Positions 53,439-64,000 of a stretch of DNA of 64,000 nucleotides are shown here, piece after piece (position 1 is the first letter of the stretch; each line of letters begins with the position of its first letter). Made by a program: the position numbers and the translations under genes. The notes under the pieces were generated by a model, which was not told where the DNA came from, did no database searches, and saw only the letters and a list, made by a program, of their open reading frames with translations. The stretch is from Octopus vulgaris. Lineage: Eukaryota. The stretch is taken from contig OX597814.1 of assembly GCA_951406725.2 (NCBI GenBank), positions 194,432,001-194,496,000 on the forward strand, in the 5' to 3' direction.

Positions 53439-53952
53439 TCTATTTTAGTTCTTACGACTATTTTAAAATTCATTTTATTATTGAGCAGTAAACAGTTTGT
53501 GATGGATGAAGAGCGAGTAATTTTACTTTGTCAAACAGCAGCAGTGTTTTATCACTGTTTTTACTTTGATTTCTCACCAAATACACTTCCCACCCTCTCT
53601 CATGCTCTTACTCTCTACCTATGCGTGTATGTTTAATTCTATCTATGAAATGAGAATGGTGTCATTACAGCAACTGCCTTGAAATGCCAAGATTACTGCT
53701 AAAAAAATCCACCTTTTTAAAGACTCATTACAAGGTTCTAGAAAGTCAGATCATATGATGGCTTGATGCTGATTGGTCGGTTAATCAGCCAATCATATGA
53801 AACAACAGTGATCTCCACATGGCATTCACTCGGCTCTCCATCAATTTGGTTTTGAATTTGCTACATGCACAACACCTTAACCACTAAGCCACGCATTCAC
53901 CAAATACTCTTTGCACCCTTTCTCTCTCCCTCTCAATCTCTCCCTATCTATA

Positions 53953-54194
53953 CTCTTTTACTCTTTTATTTGTTTCAGTCATTTGACTGCGGCCATGCTG
54001 GAGCACTGCCTTTAGTCGAGCACATCAACCCCAGGACTTATTCTTTGTAAGCCTAGTACTTATTCTATTGGTCTCTTTTGCTGAACCTCTAAGTTACGGG
54101 GATGTAAACACACCAGCATCGGTTGTCAAGCGATGTTGGGGGGACAAAAACAGACACACATGTACATATACACACACGTACATACATACATACA

Positions 54195-54225
<31 letters not shown>

Positions 54226-54498
54226 CATCATCATCATCATCATCATTTAGCGTCCGCTTTCCATGCTAGCATGGGTTGGACGGTTCAACTGGGGTCTGGG
54301 GAGCCCGAAGGCTGCACCAGGCCAGTCAGATCTGGCAGTGTTTCTACAGCTGGATGCCCTTCCTAACGCCAACCACTCCGAGAGTGTAGTGGGTGATTTT
54401 ATGTGCCACCGACACAGGTGCCAGACGAGGCTGGCGAACGGCCACGCTCGGATGGTGTTTTTATGTGCCACCGACACAGGTGCCAGACGAGGCTGGCA

Positions 54499-54562
<64 letters not shown>

Positions 54563-54752
54563 TACAATGGGCTTCTTTCAGTTTCCGTCTACCAAATCCG
54601 TCTACCAAATCCGTCTACCAGATCCACTCACAAGGCTTTGGTCGGCCCGAGGCTATAGTAGAAGACACTTGCCCAAGGTGCCACGTAGTGGGACTGAACC
54701 CAGAACCATGTGGTTGGTAAGCAAGCTACTTACCACACAGCCACTCCTGAGC
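53953..54752 (-). mobile_element. SINE family A split by an RTE 3'-end copy (54223-54502)
   Basis: The SINE halves flank the RTE fragment at the internal microsatellite. Confidence 0.88.
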
Positions 54753-56332
54753 CTATATATGTATGTTTAATTTTTAAAAATTACTTTGGATCTTTGTTGT
54801 TTTCATCACTGTTTACAATTTTGTTTCGATTGTTTTCAAATTTGGTATCTGGATATAAGATTTGTATACTAATTATGAAAATGAAATTCATTTTTCCTTG
54901 CAAAAATTTGGATATTTAAGCCAATTAGATGCAAGTATTTTACATATCACTATGGCGAAAATTTCTATTTACATAGTAACCAAAACAAAGAAGCACCATG
55001 TGTTGCATAGCTGGTTGCAAAGAAATGTTTCCATGGTAACCAAAGATGCTGCACATGCGCACAAGGAGGAGAAGGAGATACAAGAAAGATAATTTATTTT
55101 TTTAATCCTAGTTTAATCTTTTGACATGCTGATGCCACCACCCCCTCCCCCCAATGTTAGAAGAGGCAGCAAATGTGCTGTTTTCTAATTGGCTGAAAAT
55201 TCTGAAAATTATCAAACTTTGAACACCTGTAACATTTTTTCAAAATTTTTTCTAGAATAAATGAATAACAAATTTCAGGTTCAGCATCAAAAATTACATC
55301 TATATCTCTATATATATAAACGGCAAAATGTCTGTGTGTGTGTGTGTGCATGTCCTTTATACAAATCCACAAATTTTCAGTTAGAGGGCTCGCACTTTCT
55401 ATGGTCATTCAAAACCGTCCAAGGGTGGTCGTGCACATCTTTACATTTCCCCAGTCACCCCGCAAAGCCATTAAAAAATCAATAGAAGTGACCATTTTGT
55501 GAATTTTCTATCCAAAACCCAACCAAAATGCCTGAAACTTGATACGCCAATTGAATGCCAGCTAGCTGTATGTGATTGGTCGGAGATTTGGACAGTACTC
55601 ACGTGTATGGGCGCACGCACGCAGCTGTATATGCATACAATAAAAAAATTTTTTAAAGATAATTGTAAACAGTGACAAAAACCACAAAGATCCGTTACTT
55701 TCTTTACAATGCTACTAATGTGTTCACGTATAGTCAATTGTATGTTTCTCAGAGTTGGGGATCCATCAGCCATACAGATTTTATCTGGTCAACATCAATT
55801 TACTATGCCAAGAAGATCTCACAAGGAAACATCATCATCATCATCATCGTCATCGTTTAACGTCTGCTTTCCATGCTAGCATGGGTTGGACAGTTCGACC
55901 AGGGTCTGGGAAGCCAGGAGGCTGCACCAGGCTTCAGTCTGATCTGGCAGTGTTTCTACAGCTGGATGCCCTTCCTAACACCAACCACTTCGTGGTGGGT
56001 GCTTTTTACATGCCAACAGCACAGGAGCTAGAGGAGGCTGGCATCAGCCACATTTAGATGGTGCTTTTTACGTGCCACCAGCACAGGTATCACAACTACA
56101 ATTTCCATTTGATTTTTATTTTGATGTTGATGTACTTGACTCAATAGGTCTCCTCAACCACAGCAGGTCGCCCTACAATCCAAGGTAAGCACAGCAGGCC
56201 GTTCTGTAATCCAATGTACATGTGAAGCTGGTGGTGTCGGATAAATGGTGTGACTTATCCAAAGAAGAATGATGAAAAATTTAATAATGTTGGGATTGGT
56301 TTTCCATTGACTTTATATAAGAAACTACTTAC

Positions 56333-56561
<229 letters not shown>

Positions 56562-59500
56562 TTAAAATGTTGTATGCAGAAAGAAAAGTAGTTAAAAAAT
56601 TACACGTGTCTTGACTTAATAAATATTTGTTTTATTTGAATATTATTTTACCATTTATTTAATTCTTTATTGAATATATGCCTGGCAACGTGGCTGTTGC
56701 CAGCCTCCCCTGGCACCTGTGCTGGTGGCATGTAAAAAGCACCCACTACACTCTCGGAGTGGTTGGCGTTAGGAAGGGCATCCAGCTGTAGAAACACTGC
56801 CAGATCAGACTGGAGCCTGGTGCAGCCTCCTGGCTTCCCAGACCCCAGTCAAACCGTCCAACCCATGCTAGCATGGAAAACAGACATTAAGCGATGAAGA
56901 TGAAGATGATGATGCCTGTATTTCACTGAAACAAATTATTACTTATTCTGATCATAAAACTATGGGTCATGCACTAGTCGTCATCGTCATCGTCATCCTC
57001 TGTCTGTTTTCCATGCTGGCATGGGTTGGATTCTTTGACCAGAGCTAGCAAGCTAGTGAGCGGCACCAGGCTCCAATTGTCTGTTTTTGCATGGTTTCTA
57101 CAGCTGGATGCCCTTCTTAGTCCCAACCACTTTACAAAGTGAGCTAGGTGCTTTTTATGTGGAACCAGCATTGGGTGCTCTGTATGCGGCACCAGCATGG
57201 ATGTTTTTTATGTGGTAGCAGTATGGGTACTTTTTACATGGCGCCAGCACAGATACTTACCACATAGCACTAGCATGGGTGCCTTTTACCTGGCACCATC
57301 ATGGGTGCTTTTTTGCATTTCATCACCATCATCATCATCATTTAACATCCACTGTCCATACTGGTATGGGTCGGATGGGTTGACCAGAACTGGCAAGCTG
57401 GGGAGCTGCACCAGACTCCACCTGATTTGGCATGGTTTCCACAGCTAGGTGTCCTTCCTAATGCCAACCAGTTTACGGGGTGTGCTGGGTGCTTTTACAT
57501 AGTACCACACAGGTGCTTTTATGTTTAACCACCACAAGTACTTTTCACCACCAGAAGGACCGGTCTTAACACTTCTGCTGTGGAGTACGGGTCTTCTTGA
57601 GTACAGCATGGCACCAAACATCTTGGTCCTTTATTATCTCACCTGAAAGGTTCAGCATCCTGAAGTCATTCTTCAGTACTTCAACCTACATCTTCCGTCT
57701 ATTTTCAGAGATCAGCACTTCTTTATGGGGGCTGACGGTATCCATCGTATGTACAACTGTGTTAATTAGAGACACACTGAACAGTGTTAAATTAAATATA
57801 GGTGTGTATATAAAATCATGTGAAGGCACATGGCCTAGTGGTTAGAGCAGTGAACTCGCGGTTGAGGGATCGCGGGTTCGAATCTCAGATCGGGCGATGT
57901 GTGTGTTTATGAGTGAAAACACCTAAGCTCCACGCGGCTCCGGCAGAAGGTAATGGCGAACTTCTACTGACTCTTTCGCCACAACTTTCTCTCACCCTTT
58001 CCTCCTGCATCTTGTAGCTCACCTGCAATGGACTGCTGTCCTGTCCAGGTGGGGAATGTATACACCAAGGAAACTGGGAAACTGGCCCTATGAGCCAGGG
58101 ATGGCTCGAGAAGGAACAAACAACAACAATATAAAATCATAATTATCCTGCTCATGTACATTCAGGCATTAAAAAAACATATGCTGCTGTAATTGTCTCA
58201 TAAGAACAAAATTCTTCTTTTAGACAAGATATTCGAAAAACACATTGGGCTGTGAATGATGTCATTGGACGGTGTTTATAATCACTAAAAACTTGTTGGT
58301 CTTATATTAATTAGAACAGCAAATGGTACATTTTGCTGATGTGTACAAAGCTTCCTTTAGGTAGAAATTGGTTTGTCCATATTACTCCATAAGGAGCATA
58401 GGGCTGGTTTCCCAGTTTCTCTGACGTATATATTCCCTCCTGGACAAAATAGTGGTCTGTCTCAAGATTACCCCTTTTTACCAGTTGAGTGAACTGGAGC
58501 AACATGAAATGAAGTGTTTTGCTCAAGAACACAATGCATTGACCAGTCCAGCAATTGAAACCACAATCTTACAATCATGAGTCTAACACCCTAACCACTA
58601 AGCCATGTACCTCCACTTTTAGGTAGAAATGAAGTTGGGAAATATATGAACATTACAGTAATTCCTACTTATTGTTTTTCATGAACATTAGACAGTATGC
58701 TCTTGTGAGGTACCGTTATTTGGTCTTGATTAGCTGTTTTGTTACAATATTTCTGTTGAAATTTAGCGCACCAGGTGAAATGTTTATCGGTATTTCATCT
58801 ATTTACGTTCTGAGTTCAAATTCTGCCAAGGTCAGCTTTGCCTTTTATCCTTTCGGGGTCAATAAATTAGGTACCAGTCATGTACTGGGATTGATCTAAT
58901 TGACTGGCCCTCTTCCCCAAAACTTTTGGGCCTTGTACCTAGAGTAGAAATGAATATTTATGTTGAAATACGATACTTTTGTTTCAATTAATTTTTAGAA
59001 TAATGAAGAATTTAATGAAATCATTTTATCATTTGTCCATGCCTCCACTGATGTTCACAATTAAGCACACCTTCACTGTGTACCCCATTCACTGTATTTT
59101 GCTCTATCCCTATCTCCATCCATCTGCCATGCTCCTTCACTCTCCCATGAACTTAAGCACCTATAACACTTCTCCTATATTCACCATTCTTGATTTTAAG
59201 GCTCTGCCCTGACACATCTTCACCATCATGCTCTTTCTTTTCCAACTGGAGTAACCATATATCTCTCCTACAGCAAGACACCTGTCTGTGTCCCTCTGTC
59301 AAACTCTAGCCTCTTGTCACCTAGCATTAAGCCAACACCCTCACTGTTACACCCATCACAGTTGAAAGATTTTGTCTTGCATGTTAGTTGGTGACCTCAC
59401 CAGTGCTGGTGCCACATGAAAAGCTCTTTGTGCAATCTGTAAAGTGGTTGGAATTATGAAGGGTATCCAGCTGTGGAGACACTGCCAAAGCACACAGTAA

Positions 59501-60190
59501 AGTTTGATGCAGTCCTCTGGTTTTTCATCTCCTGTCAAACCATCCAACCCATTCCAGCACAGAAAACAGATATTAAATGATGATATTACGATAATATAAT
59601 ATAATGAAATTATTGTATACAGTGCTCAGGTGCACCACAACTTGTCAAAAGTGCATATAAAGCATATGCAGTAATGTAATAATGTCTGGAAAGTGAACAG
59701 TGTATGAGTCAGATACATGCTTGCATGTGTATGGAGGAGAGAAAATCAGGTGTAGTGTTGACGAATCTCAGGAAGCATGGAAGTTTTGAAGGATGCAGTG
59801 CTCCGACAACTAACAACCGATGCCGGCAGTTTGTTCCATGCTTCAGCAACTCTTAGCGTGAAAAAATGTTTCCGAAAGTCATGGGAGCTGTGCTGTTTTC
59901 TGACTTTGTAAACATGTCCACGGGTGTTAGAACATATTAACGGTGGTGCCCCAGCATGGCCGCGGCCTTCGGGCTAAAACATTTTTAAGGATTTAAGGAA
60001 CATATTAATGAAAAGTTTTGATGGAAGATTTTGTCCAGATCACTTTAAAATAGGAATTTTGTGTTATAGAATCAGGGGGCAGTGTCAGGTTGGTGGGTGT
60101 CAAACAGGTTAATTCTTAAATCTAAAATTTAACCTTCTTGCTTTCTTTTGCTTGAATTGCAAAACATGTTTTTTTCTTTCTTTTCATCAG

Positions 60191-60313
60191 AATTTATTAA
60201 AAAAGACAGAGAGCCAGAAAATATATCAGACCATGTACAAGAAAGTCCAATTGAAAGTAAAGACAAATACAATAAATGGAAAGAATCCTTTGTAAGCATG
60301 ATAAATGATGAGG
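60191..60313 (+). CDS. RGS gene B exon (FIKKDREPENISDHVQESPIESKDKYNKWKESFVSMINDE)
   Basis: Strong polypyrimidine tract and CAG acceptor, W.ESF motif, and a phase-1 GTAGGT donor in frame with the 62636 exon. Confidence 0.88.
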
Positions 60314-61964
60314 GTAGGTAAAACCATGTCTAAACTAAGTACAATACAAAATAAAATCCGATATTATTGGTTCAACATCTTGAGTGCTCAAATCCTGCTT
60401 ATATCAGTTTTGCCCTTCATATTTTCTGGGTCATCATCATTGTTTAACATTCGCCTTCCATGCTAGCATGGGTTGGATGATTTTGACTGAGGGCTGGCGA
60501 ACCAGATGGCCGCACCAGGCTCTAATCTTGATCCGGCAGAGTTTCTACAGCTGGATGCCCTTCCTAACACCAACCACTCTGAGAGTGTAGTCGGTGCTTT
60601 TTACGTGCCACCAGCACAGGTCCAGTCAGGCAGTAATGGCAATGACCTCGCTCGAATCTTTTTACACATACCACCAGCACAAGTGCCAGTAAGGTGATGT
60701 TGGTAACGATCATGCTCGAATGGTGCCCCTTTACATGCCATGGCATGGGGGCCAGTCAGGCATTACTGGCAATGACCTTGCTCGAATCTTTTTACACATG
60801 CCACCAGCACAAGTGCCAGTAAGGCGATGTTGGTAACGATCACGCTCGAATGGTGCCCTTTTATGTACCACCGGCACAGAGCCAGTTGGCTGCTCTGTCA
60901 ACGATCACTCTCAGATGGTGCTCTTGGAACCCTACTAGCACGGGCACAAGTGCCAGTGAAGTGACGCTGCTAACGATCACACTCAAATGGTGCTCTTTTA
61001 TGTGCCACTGGCACGGAAGCCGGTTAGCCATTAAAATTAAATATTAGTTAGCTACTAAGATTAAAACCTTCCCCTCAAAAGTACTGGCCTTGTGCATAAA
61101 TTAGAAACCATTATTAATTCAACATCTTTAAGAATTATAGAAATATCATGGAAGCTTCTGAGAGCAACATCATCAAAGTGTTTTTTCCTTAAATTTGCTT
61201 ATCAACTTAATCCAGTCCTCATTGAGTTTGCACTAAATTCTTATTCTGGGTCAGGTTCGATACTTTCAAAAGAGTTGTATGTACATGATGGTGTTTATAC
61301 CCAAGGGTTGTAATAAGGATCTAAAATATTTTAAGGTAAGAACACAAAATCAATGAGGTTATAATTAAATTCTGTTTGTCTCAATTATTCCTCAATGAAG
61401 GGCAGGCTTTGCTGACCACTGCTTTTGTGCTGAAAGGCAGGCCTTATCAGATGTTATATTTTTAAGGCTTCTACACCTTAAGAGAGGACGAAGACACTCA
61501 ACTACTTTGTTGTTATTTTCAGAGTCACACAACTGTTACTTATATGATTGAGGAGTGCCTGCTCAGGGTGGTTGGTCATGTTGTTCAATTCTCTGAGTTA
61601 GACCCTGCTTACTGTTTTCTCTTCACTGAGGATCCAGCTGGGTTGGCAGGTTGTGCTGGTTGACCACATGCTACAGGGTCATGGCAGATGAAGAATGAGG
61701 AGGTATCTTGCAGAGATGGGATTTACTGGGGACTCTACAGGACGGGTCACCCGGGAGGACTCTCTTTTACTCTTTTACTTGTTTCAGTCATTTGACTGCG
61801 GCCATACTGGAGCACCGCCTTTAATCGAGCAACAGGACCCCGGGACTTATTCTTTTGTAAGCCCAGTACTTATTCTATCGGTCTCTTTTGCCGAACCGCT
61901 AAGTGACGGGGACGTAAATACACCAGTAAATACACCACTATTTATCGATATATTCCTGAGGCTT

Positions 61965-62197
61965 GTTTATCTATCTATCTACCCATTTATCCTATCTATC
62001 TATCCCACTATCTAACTATCTATCCATATAGCTGTCTGTCTATCCATCCAAGCAACTATTTATCTGTCTGTCTATCTATCTATCTATCTACCTACCCATT
62101 TATCCTATCTATTTGTCTGTCTGTCTGTTTATCTATCTATTCATCCATCCATCTATTTATCTGTCTATTTATCTATCTATCCTATTTATCTATCTGG

Positions 62198-62247
<50 letters not shown>

Positions 62248-62294
62248 GTTTGTCTGTCCGTCCGTCCGTCTGTCTATCTATCTACCCATTTATC

Positions 62295-62360
<66 letters not shown>

Positions 62361-62610
62361 CCCATTTATCCTATAGATCCATCTATCCTATATATCTATC
62401 TGGCTATCAATCGATGTCTATCTATCTATCAATCCATTTATCTACCTTCTGTCTCTATGTATCTCCCTTGTCTGCCTCTTTACCACTTATCTCTTTATGT
62501 TGTCACCTATTTCTCTATCTGTGTATCTATCTACCAGTCAACCACCTACCTATTTATCTGTGTATCTATCTATCTCTTTATATATCTATCTGTCTATCAT
62601 ATATCTATTT
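61965..62610. repeat. Degenerate (TATC)n microsatellite
   Basis: Directly visible. It runs up to the acceptor of the 62636 exon. Confidence 0.95.
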
Positions 62611-62635
62611 ATTTGTCTTTATCCAATTACTGCAG

Positions 62636-62802
62636 AAGGTTTCAGTATATTTCGAGAATACCTTTCTTCTCAATACTGTGATGAAAACTTAGATTTCTGG
62701 AAAGCAGTTGAAGACTTCCGAGTCGAACCTGATGACACCCAAATTCGTGCCCGAGCTGGAGCCATTTATAAAAGATTCATCATGAAGGGAGCACCACGTT
62801 GT
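62636..62802 (+). CDS. RGS gene B, central RGS exon ([28 protein letters not shown]...MKGAPRC); terminal exon outside the window
   Basis: RGS signature, CAG acceptor and GTAAGT donor at 62803. It is 167 nt, the same length and phases as the gene A exon. Confidence 0.95.
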
Positions 62803-62884
62803 GTAAGTGTCAGCTTTTTCTCTTCGTTAATAATCAACTCAGAGATTTTTTTTTGTTTTAGATCGATGGAATTTGTAGTTGTGG

Positions 62885-63276
62885 TACCAGTGCCAGTGGC
62901 ACATAAGAGAACCATCTGAACGTGGCCGTAGCCAGCACCGCATCGACTGGCCTCCGTGCTGGTGGCACGTAACAAACACCATCCGATCGTGGCCGTTGCC
63001 AGCCTCGCCTGGCCTCCGTGCCGGTGGCACGTAAAAAGCACCATCCGAGCGTGGCCGTTTGCCAGCCTCGTCTGGCACCTGTATCGGTGGCACATAAAAA
63101 GCACCCACTACACTCACGGAGTGGTTGGCGTTAGGAAGGGCATCCAGCTGTAGAAACACTGCCAGATCTGACTGGCCTGGTGCAGCCTTCGGGCTTCCCA
63201 GACCCCAGTTGAACCGTCCAACCCATGCTAGCATGGAAAACGGACATTAAACGATGATGATGATGATGATGATGAT
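62885..63276 (+). mobile_element. RTE LINE 3'-end copy with about 4 stem-loop modules
   Basis: Repeated ggtggcacgtaaaaagcacc modules, then the conserved terminal block and (GAT)n. Confidence 0.9.
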
Positions 63277-63322
63277 ATTTGTTGTTGTCAAGTGGATGAT
63301 AAAGTTTTGTAATGGAAAGGAG

Positions 63323-63630
63323 GGAGGCACAATGGCCCAGTAATTAGGGCAGCGAACTCACAGTCGGAGGATCGTGGTTTCGATTCCCAGACCAGGCGTT
63401 GTGTGTTTATTGAGCGAAAACACCTAAAAGCTCCATGAGGCTCCGGCAGGGGGTGGTGGTGACCCCTGTTGTACTCTTTCGCCACAACTTTCTCTCACTC
63501 TTTCTTCCTGTTTCTTGAGTAACGCTGCGATGGACTGGCGTCCCATCTAGCTGGGGAGAACACATACACCACAGAAACAGGGAAACCGAGCCCATGACCC
63601 TGGCTAAGATTGAAAAGGGTAACATTTATC
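63323..63630 (+). mobile_element. tRNA-derived SINE, family C head with D-type tail
   Basis: Head as at 742, 3' half as family D, TSD taatggaaagg. Confidence 0.8.
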
Positions 63631-64000
63631 GTATAATGGAAAGGGGACACTTCAAACCAGCTTTTGTTAAGGAACGAGACTGATCCAAAATTGGAGTGGA
63701 CTTGGGAGGTCTCTGTTGAACTTGAGGTAAATGTTACTTCACACTTTTTGCCAGAGACAGCAAATTAGCAAAAACGTTTTACCAGACAATTAAGATATTT
63801 TTTAAATTTAAGAAAAAAAATTTTTAATATTTGAAAAAAGTCTTTTACTTCCCTTATACAAGTACGTCCAAAATTCATAAGTAAACAGACTTCCACAGGT
63901 CAAATTCACATACTCTCTTTTACTCTTTTACTCTTTTACTTGTTTCAGTCATTTGACTGCGGCCATGCTGGAGCACCGCCTTTAATCGAGCAACTAGACC

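Overview
AT-rich, repeat-dense eukaryotic genomic DNA. The SINE/LINE repertoire is most consistent with an octopus (coleoid cephalopod) genome; this is an inference. Nearly all ORFs in the supplied track are spurious translations of SINEs and microsatellites. The host-gene content is two tandem plus-strand, spliced RGS (regulator of G-protein signalling) paralogs. Gene A has a complete RGS box (exons 33698-33752, 35650-35816, 37925-38089, plus a candidate upstream exon 20204-20314). Gene B has exons 48942-48972, 60191-60313 and 62636-62802, with its last exon beyond the window. An orphan, stop-containing RPL11 exon with both splice sites lies antisense inside an intron of gene B. A CpG-rich promoter-like region lies at about 1.8-2.2 kb. 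The rest is transposable-element debris: at least four tRNA-derived SINE families, a 5'-truncated RTE-type LINE with a PHD finger in ORF2 and many 3'-end copies with stem-loop arrays, Dong/R4, CRE, CR1 and Gypsy fragments, non-autonomous Helitrons, several MITE families, foldback hairpins and microsatellites. No CRISPR, rRNA or bona fide tRNA gene was found.
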